A program made the position numbers and the translations under genes. This document shows, one piece after another, positions 61,991 through 64,000 of a stretch of 64,000 bases of DNA. How positions within the stretch are numbered: position 1 is the first letter of the stretch; every line of letters begins with the position of its first letter. The stretch is taken from NCBI RefSeq assembly GCF_030028105.1, contig NC_092385.1, positions 39,915,433-39,979,432 of the forward strand, in the 5' to 3' direction. Source of the DNA: Mobula birostris. Taxonomy: Eukaryota. The notes under the pieces are model-generated. The model was given only the letters and a program-made list of their open reading frames with translations, did not search any database and was not told where the DNA came from.

Positions 61991-64000
61991 CCATTAAACA
62001 GAATCCAGCCTAACACCTTGATTGACAACCCCCTGAGGAGAACATCATACTCGACTCGAGTGATCGCTCTAAACTTCCAGAGACAGTGTCCTGTGGGATC
62101 AGGGTTAAACAGAACTCTATCTGCTTTGGAAAGGGCAGTCAAACGTGGCACCAAATTTGAAGGTTCATTGTTGTTTTTCTTACGACCATCAAAATCATAT
62201 CATCTTCATAATAGAAGATGCTTGCCACGATCCCCCCCCCCAACCACTTCTCCCTCACTACAGCACTTTATGTACTAACCACCAAAGTCCATTTGTGGTC
62301 TATGATCTAAGCCAAACCATCTCCTCTCTGGCATACTGCATTAACCTCAGCAATTTAAGTTAAAAAAAACAAAAACCCAGTACCCTCACCCTGCATTCTT
62401 TTCCACGCCTGTTCCAGATTGCACATGCCTGTTCTTTGGCAAAAGTGGGCTCAGCCTCTGTTAGTTTTTCCTTCAGAATGAGGGAACCTTCTCCATAATT
62501 AATGGGAAAGCATTGCTTGGTGGGTGGCGTGCAACCTTAAGCTTCCAAACTCGAGACTGCCAATAATACATCCCTGATACTGTAGAATATCACGCAATAG
62601 TCAAAACAACAATTACAGTTCCTGCCTAAAGGCTTCAAAATTGTAGGCAATCGTTTGATCCCTGATCAGTGATACTTCAGTAGATTAGCAAAAGTAAAGT
62701 CATAAATATTTCATTCATTTATTTTTATTTTTTTCAGCCAGACTTACTTCTCGCATATTCTGCACAGCTTGCAGAGTTTCTTAATGTGTCAGGATTTCCC
62801 ACATTTGCTGCAAATGAGAACAAAAATAAACACCAGAACTGCTGAGGGAAAACATTGCTTTCTGTGGTTGAGCCATCAGCAACAATTCCAATAGCACAGG
62901 TTTCAATGACGTGATAGTACCAGCGGCACATCACAATTTCCAGGATTTTAAATTTGTGGAAAATGCACTCTTTGACAGTTGTTATCCATTTTTAAATGAG
63001 AGAGAAATATAAACTGACCAACATGATGCAAATAACAGTAAAAAGAAAATGCAAGTACAAGAATAGGAAGGAATACAAACCACAAAATGGTTCGGTGGAT
63101 AAATCTGATGTCACTGAGCCAATCTGACCAGGTAAGTTTGTGATCCTGACTTCGATGTGTGGTGAACTATTGACTCCTGTCAAGAAATTATAAATAACTG
63201 GCCAAACCATTGAAGAAAGGGTAAAACTGTTTAAATAATCTTTGCAAATTCCAGTGTTGGATCCATCAAACTTGTTAACTTTAACTTGTTAAATTCAGAA
63301 TCATAACAAAGGTACACGCAGTTTTTATCTTTCTAAACAGAATGTGTATCTTAAGTTTTAGTATATATAGGTCAAGGCTATTTCCCACACTTTTCTTGAA
63401 GCAGAATGTGCTGGATAGTTTTGGTGTTTGTAGTAACTGCCCTTTTATGCCTGTCTGTCTCCCCGCCTCCTCAAATGCCCTGAAAAGCCTATTACACATT
63501 TTCTTTCTATTCTTGTTTCAATCTTGTGATATTTTATATTTGGGCCCACTTTTTGTTATCTTTTGTCTCATTTAGTACCTTTACATTATCGCAAAGTACT
63601 AATCATTTTATTTTCAAGCTCTATTGGTGATCTGACTGAGTAGCTCTTGTTGTGGCAGGGCTGGATCTTCCTCACTCTCACTTTTTCTCTTTACTAACCT
63701 TTTGTTTCCCCTAATTAAGGTTAATTCAGTTTCTTCATCTAATTCTAAATGAGAATCTACGCTTGAAACCAGCATCTTTCATTCTCAGCAGTTGCTGCTG
63801 GACATGTCATTTCTGCCAGTTTTCACTTTAATTAGTTCTTGTAACTTGCGCGTTGTCATCTCACAAGTTCTTGGCTGATGAAACCAATTAAATGATGCAA
63901 AATAAGTTATTTTAAAATTACTCTCAAATGAGACGACCAAGCCACTGAATTTTAGCTCACTAAAATATTTTTTTTTAATTCAAATACATCCCACTCTGTT

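Noticed and set aside
43888-64000. Search for the penultimate SHQ1 exon (expected ...NDLYI.DYC.WIQ...)
   Set aside because: Not found by eye. It probably lies beyond the window or in a gap.
1-64000. CRISPR arrays, operons or other prokaryotic systems
   Set aside because: None seen. The sequence is repeat-rich vertebrate DNA.

Overview
Vertebrate genomic DNA, most likely a cartilaginous fish and probably a ray, judged from its repeat families. Roughly half the window is transposon debris: CR1, Rex1/Babar, RTE and L1 LINEs, V-core/tRNA SINEs, Penelope-like elements (PLEs), hAT-Buster, Tigger and mariner DNA transposons, and a solo LTR. There are two assembly gaps. The only host gene I recognise is the terminal coding exon of SHQ1 (H/ACA RNP assembly factor; minus strand, 43150-43840). 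Everything to its right appears to be one long SHQ1 intron. Main observations: (1) PLE 3' ends carry minimal type-I hammerhead ribozyme motifs, intact at 13293-13332 and 41525-41560, and a ~185-bp palindromic mini-element with a 17-bp TSD has one hammerhead per strand. (2) A CpG-rich island at ~35.2-37.25 kb heads an unannotated minus-strand spliced model with four exons, an 89-codon Pro/Ser-rich ORF and a polyA signal. (3) Several insertion or repair footprints are readable, including an in-frame 153-bp duplication in a CR1 RT, a templated inverted insertion, hAT nested in hAT, and a four-TIR mariner MITE. All family and gene calls come from recognising motifs by eye; no database search was run. 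Boundaries of old repeats are approximate.
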